A stretch of 64,000 bases of DNA from Glaucostegus cemiculus (taxonomy: Eukaryota), in contig CDPCPM010000281.1 of the NCBI GenBank assembly GCA_976551045.1, positions 9,610,001 to 9,674,000 on the forward strand, given 5' to 3'. Position 1 is the stretch's first letter. Each line of letters starts with the position of its first letter. A program made the position numbers and the translations under genes. Positions 1-12,960 of this stretch are shown piece after piece. The notes below the pieces were generated by a model. The model was given only the letters and a program-made list of their open reading frames with translations, was not told where the DNA came from and ran no database searches.

Positions 1-1659
1 ATTATAAGGAGTCCTTAATGGCTTCTCTATTGACAGGGCAACTTCTTGGAGAGTTTTGTTACCACTCCTTGGGACATCTACAGAAGGAAAAGGAATCATG
101 TGATAGTCTACAGTTTGGAACAAATGGCTAAATACATTGTAGCAAGACCAGCATAATGTCCTTCTACTCTTGGTCATTTGTGTGACTCTCTTAATAAGTT
201 TAAAGGCTCTGGAGAGTAATAGAGGGTAAGAACACCTGCCTTTGTAAGTTGGTGTAATACCACCATGCCTCGCCCAAGTTATCCATGGCCTCCCTTGAAA
301 TAACTTACTGAAACTGCTTCTCAGGATGAATGAAGCATCGTCATTTTACTACTTTGCCAACAATGCACTAACTGTCTCAATTAATGTAGGCAATCTTACA
401 TGTTTTTTTAAAGAAAAGACCATACACATTTATCTGCCACATTTAGATTTAACAAGCGAAAAGATAAGTACAGAACATACAAGTTGTTTTAGGAATTACA
501 TGATTCGTTAAATTAAAGTACAGGTTTTTTGACCCCTGTCTCCATGGCAAATGTCCATTGCTGTATGGTAGATGGGAAGAAGAAAGGAGGCTGGGATGAA
601 TATTCTCCATCCTGCTAGTTTAAGCCGGTTCCATGCCTGGACTCAGCAAGTGGTATCTGTGATTCTTTCCTTACTTGGGAATGGGCACGCATTAATAACT
701 GATACAATTGCATTGTTTCCTGGTCTTATCACCAATGGATGATGGAAGGTGCACTGTCATGTTGTGCAGAACCTGTTGGCTCAAGCAAAGGTTTACAAGT
801 CATCCTGCAAGGTTTTTGTGTTCACCACACTTCCTCCAGCACCAAACACCAGGCCTTCTTCGTAAAACAAATACTCTTCTCCCAGTTGCAGCTTGTTGAC
901 TGTTGCAGTCAGAGTCCTTAATGGTAGCTCCAAAGGCGGCGAGATTACACAGGGTAATCCCTGTGCCACTTAAACCAGTTTGGTGTCTCACTCCACACTT
1001 GGGAAAGTAGCATCAAATAATTAGGTACAGCTCCCAAAAATGCTGATCATTCAAGAAGAAAAAGACAAGCTGAAATATTGGCCCCTGGCCAGAGTACAGC
1101 TTCACGGTGGCTGATTAAGTTAAGTTTTGCTCCTGGTACATGGTACTCCATTACTTATGGATCAGATTCTACAGTTGGCCAATTTTCTGTATAAGTTGAA
1201 ATTCACTTGATCTATGTTGTGTAAAAACAAGTTACTGCACTGAAAATGTAGTGCTAAATCAGCTTGTTTGAACTTAAGCAATCCTTTGGTACACTAATAG
1301 GTATCCCTGTTATAATAGTGCTTGTATGCTGGACAAATAAAGAAAATTACCCCAAGGAACAGTAGTAACAAATTATATGAACTTCTGCGAGTAGTTAAAG
1401 CATGGGGCAAGGACAGACAGTGATGATCTAACTCCTCACTGAAAACGAAAAACAGCAGGAAAAAACTTTGCATCATTTATTACAATGATCAGGAAATATA
1501 TGGTATTAATAAAAATGCACCGTTGTTCTCAGATTTCCTGTTCAACTATAAGACAGAGTCTAATGAATTTGCTTAAGTACATCTAATGATGTGATGTCAT
1601 AATGATCAGAGTTTTTTTGGGATATGACTAACAATAATAAATCAGTATTTGCTACTCAT

Positions 1660-1910
1660 GTCATAAGGGTATTAAGAATCAGCCATGTAGTGTGTGACAA
1701 GACCCATGTGTTGGCCAGATTGGGTACGGGATAGGACTGCTTTCCTGAAGAGCATTTGTTGGACTTTTATGATAATTGAGCAGTTTTTGTGGTTTTTTTG
1801 GTTGGTCCTATTTCCAAGTTACCAGAGCTATTGAATGTCTTTGTACAATTTCAATAGTGGGATAATAAAATGGTTCCCTCTAATAATGACCAGTTTACTC
1901 TGTTATGCCA
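1660..1910 (-). mobile_element. Degraded tRNA-derived SINE with CR1-type tail (same family as 7620-8635 and 39830-40690)
   Basis: Colinear antisense similarity to the other copies (ggccagattgggtacgggatagg...tttcctgaagagcatt). Confidence 0.5.
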
Positions 1911-3271
1911 GTGAATATATCATGTAATAACTGTATGGTCCAGATCCTGATGTGATTAGGATCCAACTGATGTGTTGTCATGAAGCCTTGTCTGCCATAG
2001 CACTCAGCAATGGATTAATGTAGGGTAGTGTTCTCTCTCACACCCTTCAGAGATTTTCCTTAATCTCCATATATCTGTCCCACATGCCAGAGGAAAATCT
2101 TTTAGTGCATTCTTGGAAAGGAAACTGCATGGTCACATATGTCACATGCATTGAGTTTGATCTGCATTGTAACTTTGCTGTTGTAAAATTTTGAAGGGGA
2201 AATTCCTTCTCTTTCTACATTGAAAGCGGCCTGGGTGAAATGCAGCAGGAATACCTGCTAGGAACACTCAAAGAGACAAACTCTCAATAGATTTAACTTA
2301 GGGCAGCATTGAGTGCTCCTTCTTGACAAGCTCAGAGACGAGAAGTGGAAATATTTACTGTAGGGACACTAAGATTATATTGAACTTGTGGCAGATAGAA
2401 GGGAGCTTAAACATCTAGGCATTTAACCTGATTTGAAAGTTCATGATGATGACACTGAATGCCAATTGTGCTTCATTCTAAAAGTGGATTTCAATCATCT
2501 CTCTGAGCATGATATCAGTCCCAAATACATACATTCAGATGATGAGGGTAATTTTCCATTGAACGTTGTTTTGCAGTCCATTGCTTCATTTATGCCACAG
2601 CAAAAGCTGGTCTATTAATTATTCATCTTTTTATTAGAGTCTAGACAGTGGAAATATCCTCCAGTAAGCTCTTCAAACAATCCTAAACCACTGCAAGTAT
2701 AAAACATTAATTCTCATATTCACGGAATAATAACTAATAACTAACCTATTTTCAATTTACATTTCTGAACAGTTGAAAATCAGGAGTAGATGGTTCCAGA
2801 TTCCATTGGTTCATTAACCAGCTTACTGACTTAGCATAAAAGCTTTGCACTTAACACAAGCACACTGTTCAAGGTTACAACATTGTAAAGACAAGGAAGC
2901 CCATATTTCTGGGGCAAAGTTTTCACTTTTAATGCAGAAGTGATTCTGTTGCCTGACTATGCCAGTAATTTTTATGGCTGATCGGCAAAGTAGAGCAGTC
3001 TGAGACATAATAAAATCATAAATAAAATTTTGGCACATTCAGATGTGGTGAAAACATTGCATATAGTTTTAATCATGATTAAAGAAAAATCAAAATAATG
3101 ACACAATCTCAGATAATAACTACTTTTACTAAACACTAAATATCTTAACTTCTTTCTTTTTAGTATGTCAGCTCCTTGTCATGTTGCAGTTCGGTGGGTA
3201 CCAGTAGCCCCTTGATACTTGGTCCCAATGGATAATGTTTACAATTCTTGTCAGTGGACAACACCAATTAC

Positions 3272-3316
3272 CATGATGCTTGATTGGAAGCACTCTGGCT
3301 CCTAAGTCAGAAGGTT
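3272..3316 (+). mobile_element. DeuSINE (SacSINE1-like) tRNA head, 5' half; body resumes at 5016
   Basis: ttggaagcactctggctcctaagtcagaaggtt matches the recalled head ggtagcactcttgcctctgagtcagaaggtt. Confidence 0.6.
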
Positions 3317-5015
3317 ATTCTATTGGTGTGGGTGTTGAGGGCAAGTTGTCCATTCTACTGACTGTAGTGAAGGAGGCCCTGAGCCACCTTAAGTGCTGTC
3401 ATCCTTCTGGTGATAACGTTGTGGGTTGGAAGTCCTCAGAATTATTCCTAGTAACAGTGAAGAAACAACAATATATTTCCACGTCAGGATGATTGTGGTG
3501 TTCACATGCATCTGCTGCTCCTGTCCTCTGTGGTGGTAGAGATCGCAGATTTGTGAAGTGCTGTCAGCATAGCCTAGGTGAGTAACTGGTAGATGGTGCA
3601 CGTGGTAGCCACAGTGCATCAGTAGTAGAGGGATTGAATGTTTAGGCTGGCTGATGGGTTGTTGACCAATCAGAGAGCTTTATCCATTGTGAGGTCAAGT
3701 TTCCTGAATGTTGTTAGAGGTGCACATCCCAGCAAGTGGAGAACACTCCATCATGTTCCTAAATTACTGCTTAAAAATGGTGGAAAGTCTTTGGTGTGTC
3801 AGAGGTGAATTGCTCGTCACAGGCTATCCAGTCTCTGACATGCTCTTTCAGCCTCAGTACTTATGTAGCTAGTACAGCTGAGTTTCTGGTCAATGGTAAC
3901 TGCCTGCATATTGATGGTGGAAGACACAGCGATGGTCACGTCATTGAATGTCAAAGATAGGTGTTTAGAGATGATCGTGATCTGACATATTGTTCCTTGC
4001 CAATTAACACCTAATGCCTGAATATTTTGTAGCTCCTGCTGAGCACAGCCATGGACTAGGTGTGCATTGAATATTGTGTGATCATTAGCAAAGATCCCCA
4101 TTTTTGATTTTGCGATACAAGGAAGATCATTGATGAAGCTGCAGAAGATCTGGAACATGGTCCTGGGGTGATCGGCCTCCAATAACCACAACTATTCCTT
4201 TGTGCAAGGAGTGGCTGCAGCCATTGAAATGTTTTCAGGCTGACGCCCTTTGACTTCATTTTTGCCAGGGCTCCTTGATGACACATACCTGGTCAAATCC
4301 TGCCTGCCTGCATGCCAAAGGCAATCATTTTCACCATCTCTGAAATTCAGCACTGATCCATATTGGAACCAAGGCTGTGATGATGTCTGAAGGCCAAGTG
4401 GTTCTGACAAGATCCAAATTGGGTATTGATGGGTCGGTTATTGGAGAATAAATGTCACCTGATAGCATTGTTGATTATGCATTCCATCACCTTGCTGATG
4501 ATTGAGAGTAAGCTGATTGGGCAGCACTTAGCTGGATTGGAATTGTCTTGATTTACCTGGGCAGTTTTCCACATTGTTGGGTAGATGCCAGTGTTGCAAC
4601 TGTACTAGAAAATCTTGGCTAGCGGTACGGCTTGCTCTGGTGTACAAGTGTTCAATACAAAGGTTGGAATGTTGTCTGGCCCCACAGCCTTTGCTGTATC
4701 CAATTCTGTCAGCCATTTCTTGATATTACATGGATTGTATTCAATTGGCTGAAGACTGGCTTATGTGATGGTAGGGATCTCAGGAGTCAGCTGGGATCTA
4801 TTATCAGCTCAGCACTTCCAGCTGAACATGGTTGTGAATGCTTCAACTTGCTTTTAGCCCTCACACGCTAGGTTCCATTGAGGATGGAGACGTCCTTGCA
4901 GCCTCTTCTTACTGTTAGGTATTTGTCACAGAATGAAGTGGTAGGACTGCAGAGTTATGTCTCGCTCCATGGAGTTTAGCTCTGTCTGCTGCATGTTGCT
5001 TCTATTTAGCATGCA
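3317..5015 (-). mobile_element. CR1-clade LINE, 5'-truncated and degraded (RT domain plus 3' end)
   Basis: ORF 3817-4191 reads FCSFINDLP...GIFAND (YADD-equivalent)...QQELQNIQA...VTIDQKL; neighbouring frames continue RT; 3' end shared with copies at 11265, 15407, 33410 and 35384. Confidence 0.9.
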
Positions 5016-5420
5016 AGTTGTGCAATCAAGACTCACTCTGAAGAAATGGGCACAACAATCTAGCCTGACACCTCCAAGCAGTACTGAGGATGTGTTCCTT
5101 ATTGGAGGTGCTGTCTTTCTGATGAGATGTTAAACCAAGGACCTGATTGCTCACTCAAGTAGAAATCAGGTAGCTTTATTTTGAGGATGAGTTGTATCAT
5201 GTGCTATGGCTGATATTTATCCTTTGATTAATATATCTGAAACTGATTATCTGATCATTATCAGACCATTGTTTGTCACAGCTTGCCACATGCACACCGA
5301 CTTCCTCATTTCTAATATTACAGCAGTGACTATACTTCAGAAATACTTTGTTGGCTTTAAAACATGTTGGAACATTGTGAAAGGGAAGTGAAGATACAAA
5401 ATAAATATATGTTAACCTTT
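5016..5420 (+). mobile_element. DeuSINE body and tail (Deu domain)
   Basis: gcagtactgagg...ggaggtgctgtctttctgatgagatgttaaacc...gattatctgatcattatc...cagtgactatacttcagaaatactt, a typical Deu domain with an L2-like tail. Confidence 0.85.
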
Positions 5421-5457
5421 TTATTCTTTAAATTTAGAAAATCACAACTCTCCCTTT

Positions 5458-6517
5458 CTTTTTCAATCTTTTTATTAGTTACAAATCAATACAGATTAAT
5501 ATATAGCATCAATGTTCACACATGTATTACAAAGAGATCAGGATTACAATCATAACATAGGTCATCATAAGAAACAATAAAGTATAATTTATAAAAATAT
5601 AGATCCAATGATCTCTTGGTTGATGAATATAGTATAAAGTATAAGAAGGAAAAAGATTTATTATATAAATTGGAAAAAAAAAAGAAAAAGCAACCCAAAT
5701 CAATAAAAAAATTGTAACAATATAAACTAAACTAAACTAAATTTTAGAAAAAAATACAAAAAAAGACTGAGCTAAAATTTCTCAATAGAAACAGAGCAAT
5801 GTTATGTCGTCATCTCCGTTCCTCTAAATTAAAAGGTTATTGAAAGGGAATCTACATCATGTGAAAATATTGAATAAATGGACTCCAAACATCTTCAAAT
5901 TTAAGCGAAGGATCAACAGCACCACTCCTAATTTTTTCCAAGTTTAAACATGATATAGTTTGAGAGAACCATTGAAAGATAGTAGGGGGTATTGGATCCT
6001 TCTATTTAAGCAGAATGGTTCATTTGGCCATTAATGTTACAAAGGCAATCATACGGTTAGCAGAAGCAGATAAATGGCCAGACCTTATCCATGGTAATTC
6101 AAAAATTGCAGTAATAGGATGGGGTTGTAGATCAATCTTCAGTACACTTGAAATAATATTAAAAATGTCTTTCCAATATTTTTCCAAAAGAGGACAAGAC
6201 CAAAACATGTGTCAAAGAGGCCACACTCGATTTACATCTATCACATATAGGATTTATATGGTCATATAAACGAGCTAGCTTATCTTTAGACATATGGGTC
6301 CTGTGCACTACTTTAAACTGTATCAATGAATGTCTGGCACACATTGAGGATGTATTAACTAAATGAAGAATTTTCTTCCAAGTCTCTGTAGGTATAGATA
6401 TCTGGAGTTCACTTTCCCAATCATTCTTAATTTTGTCCAGTGACTCTGGACGTATTTTCATGATTAAATCATAAATTGTCACTTTCAAGCCTTTCTGATA
6501 AGGATTAAGACCTAACT
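5458..6517 (-). mobile_element. L1-clade LINE, 5'-truncated, ORF2 C-terminus plus 3'UTR, with 10-bp TSD
   Basis: ORFs 6159-6488 and 6020-6208 give W..EL, IQFKVVHR, CDRC...H.FWSC (CCHC finger); stop at 5852-5854; A-rich tail; direct repeat ctctcccttt at 5448-5457 and 6518-6527. Confidence 0.92.
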
Positions 6518-6825
6518 CTCTCCCTTTAATTGGTGTTCACACACATATACTTTGAGCAGAGTTTCTGATGAGTACTTAGGTTTCAAGGTCCCAAATAATA
6601 TTCTCTGGCTTCTCCCTGGGTAGTGAAGCTGAGCAAAAGAATTCTCATACTGCCCTGGCTGAGATCACCAAGGTAGACAGAATATTGGTGCTGTTTAATA
6701 TTTGTGCTCCCACTTCCTTATGCAACCGGCAACAGCCTCATTGTAAATCTTTCAGATTTGGTAAGAAATGCTTCCAGTTTTGTTCCTGGGTTACCAGCCT
6801 TCGCAAATCTTTCAGGTTTATCTTT

Positions 6826-6976
6826 CTCAAACAAAAACAGAAAATTATGAAAACATTCAGCAGGTCAGGCAGCATCTGTGGAGAGAAACAATCAGTGTTT
6901 CAGGTCCTTTCGTCAGGATCTGAGCTGCTGAGTGTTTCCAGTGTTTTCTGTTTTGTTTCAGATTTCCAGCAGTTTT
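6826..6976. mobile_element. Penelope-derived foldback element (inverted terminal-repeat remnant)
   Basis: Imperfect inverted arms of about 40 bp (6829-6868 and 6920-6958) around cagcaggtcaggcagcatctgtggagaga; related copies at 20180, 52308 and 63545. Confidence 0.7.
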
Positions 6977-7619
6977 TTTAAAATTTTCATTCAGGTTTAT
7001 TTATCTGATGGGATGAGCTTTACACTTTGTTACATTTATCTGGGGGACTAATGTTCCAACAAATGGATTGAACATTTAAAAATGACAAGCAGCCCAGCAA
7101 TGGCAACACATCTACCCTGCTGACACTTGATATAAACTCGAGAGTACAAACCAGTGTGTCATACATAATTGAAGGAAACAAAAGATACTATTAGAGCAGC
7201 TAAAAGGTCACAAGAGAAAAGGATAGTGAACCAGTGCTGTAGCAATGCTAATATCAAAGGGTCATTAAAGATTATTGGGCCACTGAAAGGTACCCTGAGA
7301 CAGATCCGGTGGGGTCACTTAATGTGATCGGTATATTAACTGATTACTTAGCATAAATATTTACACTTGAAATTGACATTCAACTGAAGAAAACTGAAGT
7401 TTAACCATAAGCAACATCACTGCATGTCTCGAAATTAGTCGAGATTATCTTTGTAGATTAATTAAGGAAACACAAAATTGGACTGCTAATTAAAAATATG
7501 TCTGTAAAAGCCTTTGGAATAAACAATGTGTTTTGTGAGATGTTTGCTCACATTATAGCCTGTGAGAGCCAGGGACTATTCCCTTAAACTGGAAGGACAT
7601 TCAATTGGCTCAATCTCTT

Positions 7620-8635
7620 ATTTGTATTAATTTGTTCATGGCATGTGATAGACCGAGTTAGGCCTGTACTTAGCGTCTACCACTCATTGTTTGTTAAGCT
7701 AGCCCACTTCAGAGTGTAGTTAAATGCAGAGTGGGGTTACATAAAATCGAGTCAGGTGTGTTTGGCAACATTTATATATTGACCTTGAGGCCACTACAGA
7801 GCTATTTCAGAGGCAAAGTTACCTCACTTGAATTTGTACAGAGGGAAAGATGTGAAAATATGACCCATTGTTTGATCAGGACAAACACATTTACAAGAGA
7901 AGGGTTTCATTTCTCACTTGTGTATTAAGTGGCCACATCGCCCATGTCTGTTTGGAAGCCTCGTCTCATATCTGGTGAAATTTAGGGAGCATTGTTGTTG
8001 GATCTTGAAAGAGTTCCTTAACTCAGGCAGTCAAGGTTTTGTTCCATTCCTTGTTGATGTTGAGATTGATGAGGCAAGGATAGCAGAATAAGAAAATATC
8101 CCACGAGTAGTGAGATTCCCATCAATAGGTAGGTCCGTGTTATTGACAGCACAACCTCTCTCTATCTGTACAGATATCCAACAACAGCTGGAGTTATCAA
8201 GCTGGCATTGACTTTAAGGTTCTGGTGATTGTCCTCACTGTCAAATTCATCTTCACGTCAATTGAGTTTTGTATCTATGGCCACCAATCAAACTGGAGCA
8301 CTGCACATTGTGGTAGAATACACAAGTGTGAGAGCTGAGACCCATAGTACCCCCATGTCAGTACCCCTGCCTGTGACCTTGCAGATTAGGCAAATTTAGG
8401 AAGGATGGCATACTTCCTTCCTGAGGGATAAGATTGAATCAGATGGATTGTAATGACCATCTGCTTGTTTCATGGTCAGTTTCAATTACACTTGCTTTAC
8501 AATTCTAGATTTATTTCACCTCCTTAAACGTAAGTTCCCAGACATTGTGGTAGGTTTCAAACTCATAACTCTGGATCAATAGTTTATTGACCAATTGGTC
8601 GTCCAGTCACATAACTACAATGCCACTAGACCCCA
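7620..8635 (-). mobile_element. tRNA-derived SINE with CR1-type tail, split in two (tail 7620-7745, head and body 8385-8635)
   Basis: Both parts are colinear with the plus-strand copy at 39830-40690 (gaaggatggcatacttccttcc...tttcatggtca...ctctggat...ccagtcacataactacaatgccac). Confidence 0.65.
7750..8385 (-). mobile_element. Degraded CR1-like LINE fragment
   Basis: Antisense LINE-like sequence (caaactggagcactgcacattgtggtagaatacacaagtgtgagagc) lying between the two SINE halves. Confidence 0.45.
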
Positions 8636-8711
8636 GCTGAAGCAAGAAACTGTAGCCTAACCATCTTGACCTTTTTGGATAAAATGCTGAAAGAAGTCAG
8701 AAATTCTAAAG

Positions 8712-9039
8712 CTATAGAATTATATTGCAAGGAAACAGGCCCTTCTGCCCACTGAGTCCATACTGACTGTCAAGCATCCATGCTGATGCCAATTTATTCT
8801 CTCACCATTCTCATCAACTCCCTTCAGATTCTATCGCTCACCTACCGACTAGGGGCAATTGTCCTACCAACCCACATGTCTTTGCAATGTGGGAAGAATA
8901 CCAGAGCATCTGTTGGGAACTCACGCAGTCACAGGGAAAATTTGCAAATTCCACACAGAGTGCACTGAAGGTCCAGAATGAACCTGGGTCACTGGAGCTG
9001 TGGGGCAGCAGCTCTACTAACTGTCCCACTGTGCCGCCC
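8712..9039 (-). mobile_element. HE1-type V-SINE
   Basis: tRNA head with A/B boxes at the right end, V-domain tgtggga.gaa.accagagca...cacgcagtcacaggga...tgcaaattccacacag, HER1-type tail acaggcccttctgccc. Confidence 0.9.
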
Positions 9040-10719
9040 ATTGCAATCAACCAGATCAACAAAGAGCTTTCAAGAACTTTCAACACAACATCTGGAAAAG
9101 TAGGTCATTTCAAACTGTTATCATTGAATTCTTTGAAGAAGTCACAAGGTTACTACATGAGGATCGACATTGCCTGTCTCGATTTTCAGTAATTCTTTGA
9201 CAGAAGACCTCTAAAAGATAGAATCTTGTGGAATCAGTGACAATCTTCCAACAGTGGATGGTGACCCGATTACATGCCTGCAGGCAAAACGCGGTGGTTG
9301 TGGGTTTAGCTTGGCGACCAGTTGCCAGCACTGTTCCACAAGAAATAAACTTTGGGCCACCTGTCCATATTAATGACAAGATGAACATGGTGGAGAATGA
9401 TCCACAAGTTTGTGATTGATAGAGAGATTTGAATTAGTGTTGGATCTGCTGGGGTGTCTGAACTACAGGCAGATCTTGAACACTGGAGGGAATGGGTCTG
9501 CTGTTTGCAAGTGTTTAGTACAGACAAACAAAACTTTATGCACATGAGCAAATGCTAAGTATACATATACTTTGCATGGAACAATACTAAAGCTTGTGGC
9601 TTTTCAGAAAAATGGCTATGATAGTACACAACTCAGGAGATGTATGATCAGTGCAGTCAAGAGAGGTTCCAGGCTGCATCTACAAGATTTTAAGTGTAAA
9701 GTGAAACATGCCATTGTGTTCCAATATATGACCTTGGTTAGGCCTTGTTAACCATTCTGATAAGCTGAAAGAAATCTGGATAAATATGCTTTTGTGAAAT
9801 GTAGACTTGGGCCAATTGTACTGAAATTTGTGATGGAAATGTGAAGAAAAATGTGATGGAACTAGATTGTGTTCACAATGACAGTTTTTATTTAATTAAC
9901 TTGGGGACATCTGGATGGCATGCAAAAATCTGCAAAAGCCTGGAAGTGAAAGGAAGATAAATTATAGATAGGGATACTCCATAGTATATAAGAAATGTGG
10001 TTGTTAGATGATTTTCCCTCCCTGGGAAAGCGGCCTGGGAGAAGTTGTTTAGCTAGTTTGTGCATTATACTTTGATTCACTGTCTGATTTTTAAATGAGA
10101 GCTAGCTGGGTAGCTATCACATCATACAAGAGGTAGTTACTAAATAATATGTCACGGTCAGTGTGGTCTCCTTAAATAGTTTCAAATGCCAAGGGGAATC
10201 TGAGTAGCTTTCTGTGTTTTTACTCCTTAATTGGCTGTGGGTTTTTTGAGTGTTTATTTTTCACCTCTCATGGGAGATGTCATTGCTCTTGGTGCAAAAG
10301 GGAGAGCCTTAATCTTGATGCATATGACAGCCCAGTCCAACATTTTCTTATCCATCCATGTTTATGTGTACTTTGTCACTAGAGAAGTTAACCATCTTTT
10401 ATAACCACTTGTTTCAGTAGTCATCCTAAAGTGATATTTTCAATAACAATTTCAACACCTCTAAATAACATTTTCTTTATAAATTAGAGCTATATTTGAA
10501 AGAGAAACATTTGCAGAGAAAATGTGATGAAAAATCAGAGAACATGGTAATAAGGTAACACTTTCAAAGAGGAATTGAATGGCATAATTTTGTACTATAT
10601 GATTCCAGTTGTTCATATAATATTGGGTTGCTTTTAACTTATTTTTGTTATTGTATTCAATTTCCAAAGGGAGCATTTTGATAAGGGAATTACTGGGCTT
10701 TATACATTTAACCTTTGGC

Positions 10720-11005
10720 TTGACTTGGGGTAGCATACTCATCTCTGAACAAGAAGTCATGAGTTCAAACATCAGTCCATTTCTGATGACCCTTGCCTGT
10801 TTGGGCAGGTAAATGAGATTGGGGCTCTTAATGTGAGAAGTTAGTGGACATTTATCCTTCAACAATTTGCCAAAACAAACTCACTCTTGCAAGGCAAACA
10901 TTGAAGGTGTCATTGACTGCAACTCAAAAGTGATTAATTGTTTTCTCTGTACATTTCACATCCTCAGGATAATGTAAAGAATTCTAGGAATATATCTTTT
11001 TTTAT
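10720..11005 (+). mobile_element. Degraded DeuSINE
   Basis: Head ggtagcatactcatctctgaacaagaagtcatgagttcaaa; tail gtaaagaattctaggaatatatcttttt. Confidence 0.5.
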
Positions 11006-11264
11006 TGAGGTCTGTCTAAGTAACAAGTTACACTAAGCAACAACTCCATTATCTAATTTGTTCCCTGAATGAAATGTTGGTGATCTAGTAATTGAGGCAA
11101 AATCAAGTACACCAATGTAAAAAGTAAATTTACTAAATGTGGAACTTGGGAATCGCTCCCCACCTTGGTTATTGCCTGTATACCTAACCCTGGGAGCTTG
11201 TAAACCCAAAAAGAGATTCCACTCCAATGAACAAGAGATGGTTCCACGAACTTGCCAAACTAAA

Positions 11265-11590
11265 ATAGTTGCAGGATCTGGGTACCACATATAAGGCTGG
11301 CATGTCTTGACCATCCTTGGTTGCCATAAGAATTTGCTGGTGTGTTGCTTTCTTGAGGTGTCTTAATCTTTGTGCTGAAGGTGCTCCAACAGTGTTGTAT
11401 GGGAGGGAGTTTCAGGACTTTGACCCAGTGGGAATGAAGGAAATGTGAACTATGACATTGTGTGAATGTGATGGTGGAGTTCATCCCATGCAGCTGCCCC
11501 GTTCTGTTGGATGGCTCCAAAGGTAAAGCTGAAGAAACTGTAGTGATTTATTAGAACACCTCCTATAGACAGGATACAGGGCACCCTTCA
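11265..11590 (-). mobile_element. CR1 3' fragment
   Basis: gaaggtgctccaacagtgttgtatgggagggagtttcaggactttgacccag matches the 3' end of the 3317-5015 family. Confidence 0.7.
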
Positions 11591-12960
11591 ACAAAAGGAC
11601 CATATATGTTTCTTTTTCTCTCCTGCATTAAGACCACTGTGCGCAAATGTTATCCACCACTTCTTTTCATGGGTTGGGTGGGGGTGGGGAGCAATAAAAC
11701 CCTATCATCATCTTGCCTGCAAGCCACCAGTTAATGTCACAACAGATGAAAAGAGCTGGATTCTATGTGGAGAATATTGCCCTTCTTCATGATTTCATTT
11801 GTAACTTTCAATTTTTAAAATAATCAATAACAAATTAAAGACTCCCATCTTCAAATAGTCGGTAAGTTATTTTATCCAGCAAAGCGTTTGTATTTTCTTT
11901 GAGTATTATAACTATTTTCCTTTACCCATGCACATTCCAATAGTCAGCATTTCACTGGAGGCTCTGGGGATGTTTGCAAAAGAGCCTTCCTTCACCTTCT
12001 GCTCTGATGAAGACAATTGGGCAGTTCTGATTCCTTGCCATGTAAGGGTTGTTATCTGAGCTTTATGTGCCTGAGGCCTTCCATGCATGATTTAAGTTGC
12101 TTTGTACATGTCAATAGGTGGAAAGCATTGGGTCCTGTGAAAAGTGAACTTGAATTCTCACAGATACATAAACAAGAGAATACTGCACTCTTATTTTTAA
12201 GGCCATTGCAGCTTTTACTGATGCCGAACAGCAAGTTTTGTGTGTTGCCAGCAGCAAGATGTTAGTACAGTGAGTGATTTCATTCAACAAGGCCAGAGGC
12301 TTTGAGCTGAACCCATTGATACCTTGCACTCATGATCTCTCGTGGCAAGCATTATTCATGAAGCAGAAACTCTCCACCATGATTAGATTCTGCTCCATTG
12401 TCATTTGCTCACAGTATTTTTAAACATTTATGTTGTGCCTTGCTCACTCAAGTACTTATTTGGAAAGAACAATCTTTTGACTGGAATCTAACTTATTTGA
12501 ACTGAGCTGATGCTCATGGGGATAAACATATGCTTCATTTGACTCACTCATTTTGGAGGTGTGCTGTCCATTTGAAAGATAAGTATTAGCGATATTGGCA
12601 ACAAAACATAGCTGGCAGACAGATCCCTGGTACCATAATAATTATATTGTACAGTTGTACTGTTTACTTGCTCTCACTAGGTTGAACCTGCTAAACTCAG
12701 GCTGTGCCTCAGGGGGTTGATCCTTGGAGCTCTTTGTGAGAGTTGGGTTATCAGGACAACTTATGAGGAAATCATGCTTCTGGGTGCAATTGTTTGCCAT
12801 GCTGTTGTGCTTCTTTCAGGGCTTTCATGTATACTTCCTCATGAAAGAGGAGGTATACAGAAGAGCAGGTAGAGTATGTACATAGAATTAATGTAATATT
12901 CAATCTGTGTCACATAATTAGTACCTGAGGGAGTGGAAATGTCAGAAAGAACCTGTATTT

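Larger units (their letters stand above)
7130..10370 (+). mobile_element. Old CR1 LINE interrupted by younger insertions
   Basis: Ordered degraded RT pieces near 7590 (W K), 8650 (NYRPISLT-like), 9100-9180 (EFFEEVT, LDFQ) and ORF 9228-9419 (WRPVASTVPQ..GP..HIND); CR1-like 3'UTR near 10150-10370. Confidence 0.65.

Noticed and set aside
700-1000. Overlapping ORF cluster with an antisense LQDDL peptide
   Set aside because: Interrupted by stops and too short to call as a gene or confidently as a CR1 remnant.
4286-4304. Resemblance to the 5' end of 18S rRNA (tacctggt..atcctgcc)
   Set aside because: Short and gapped, lies inside the CR1 element and does not extend.
8960-9039. tRNA genes at SINE heads (also near 13200, 27100, 29530 and 40230)
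   Set aside because: A/B boxes run directly into V-SINE bodies and I see no intact cloverleaf.
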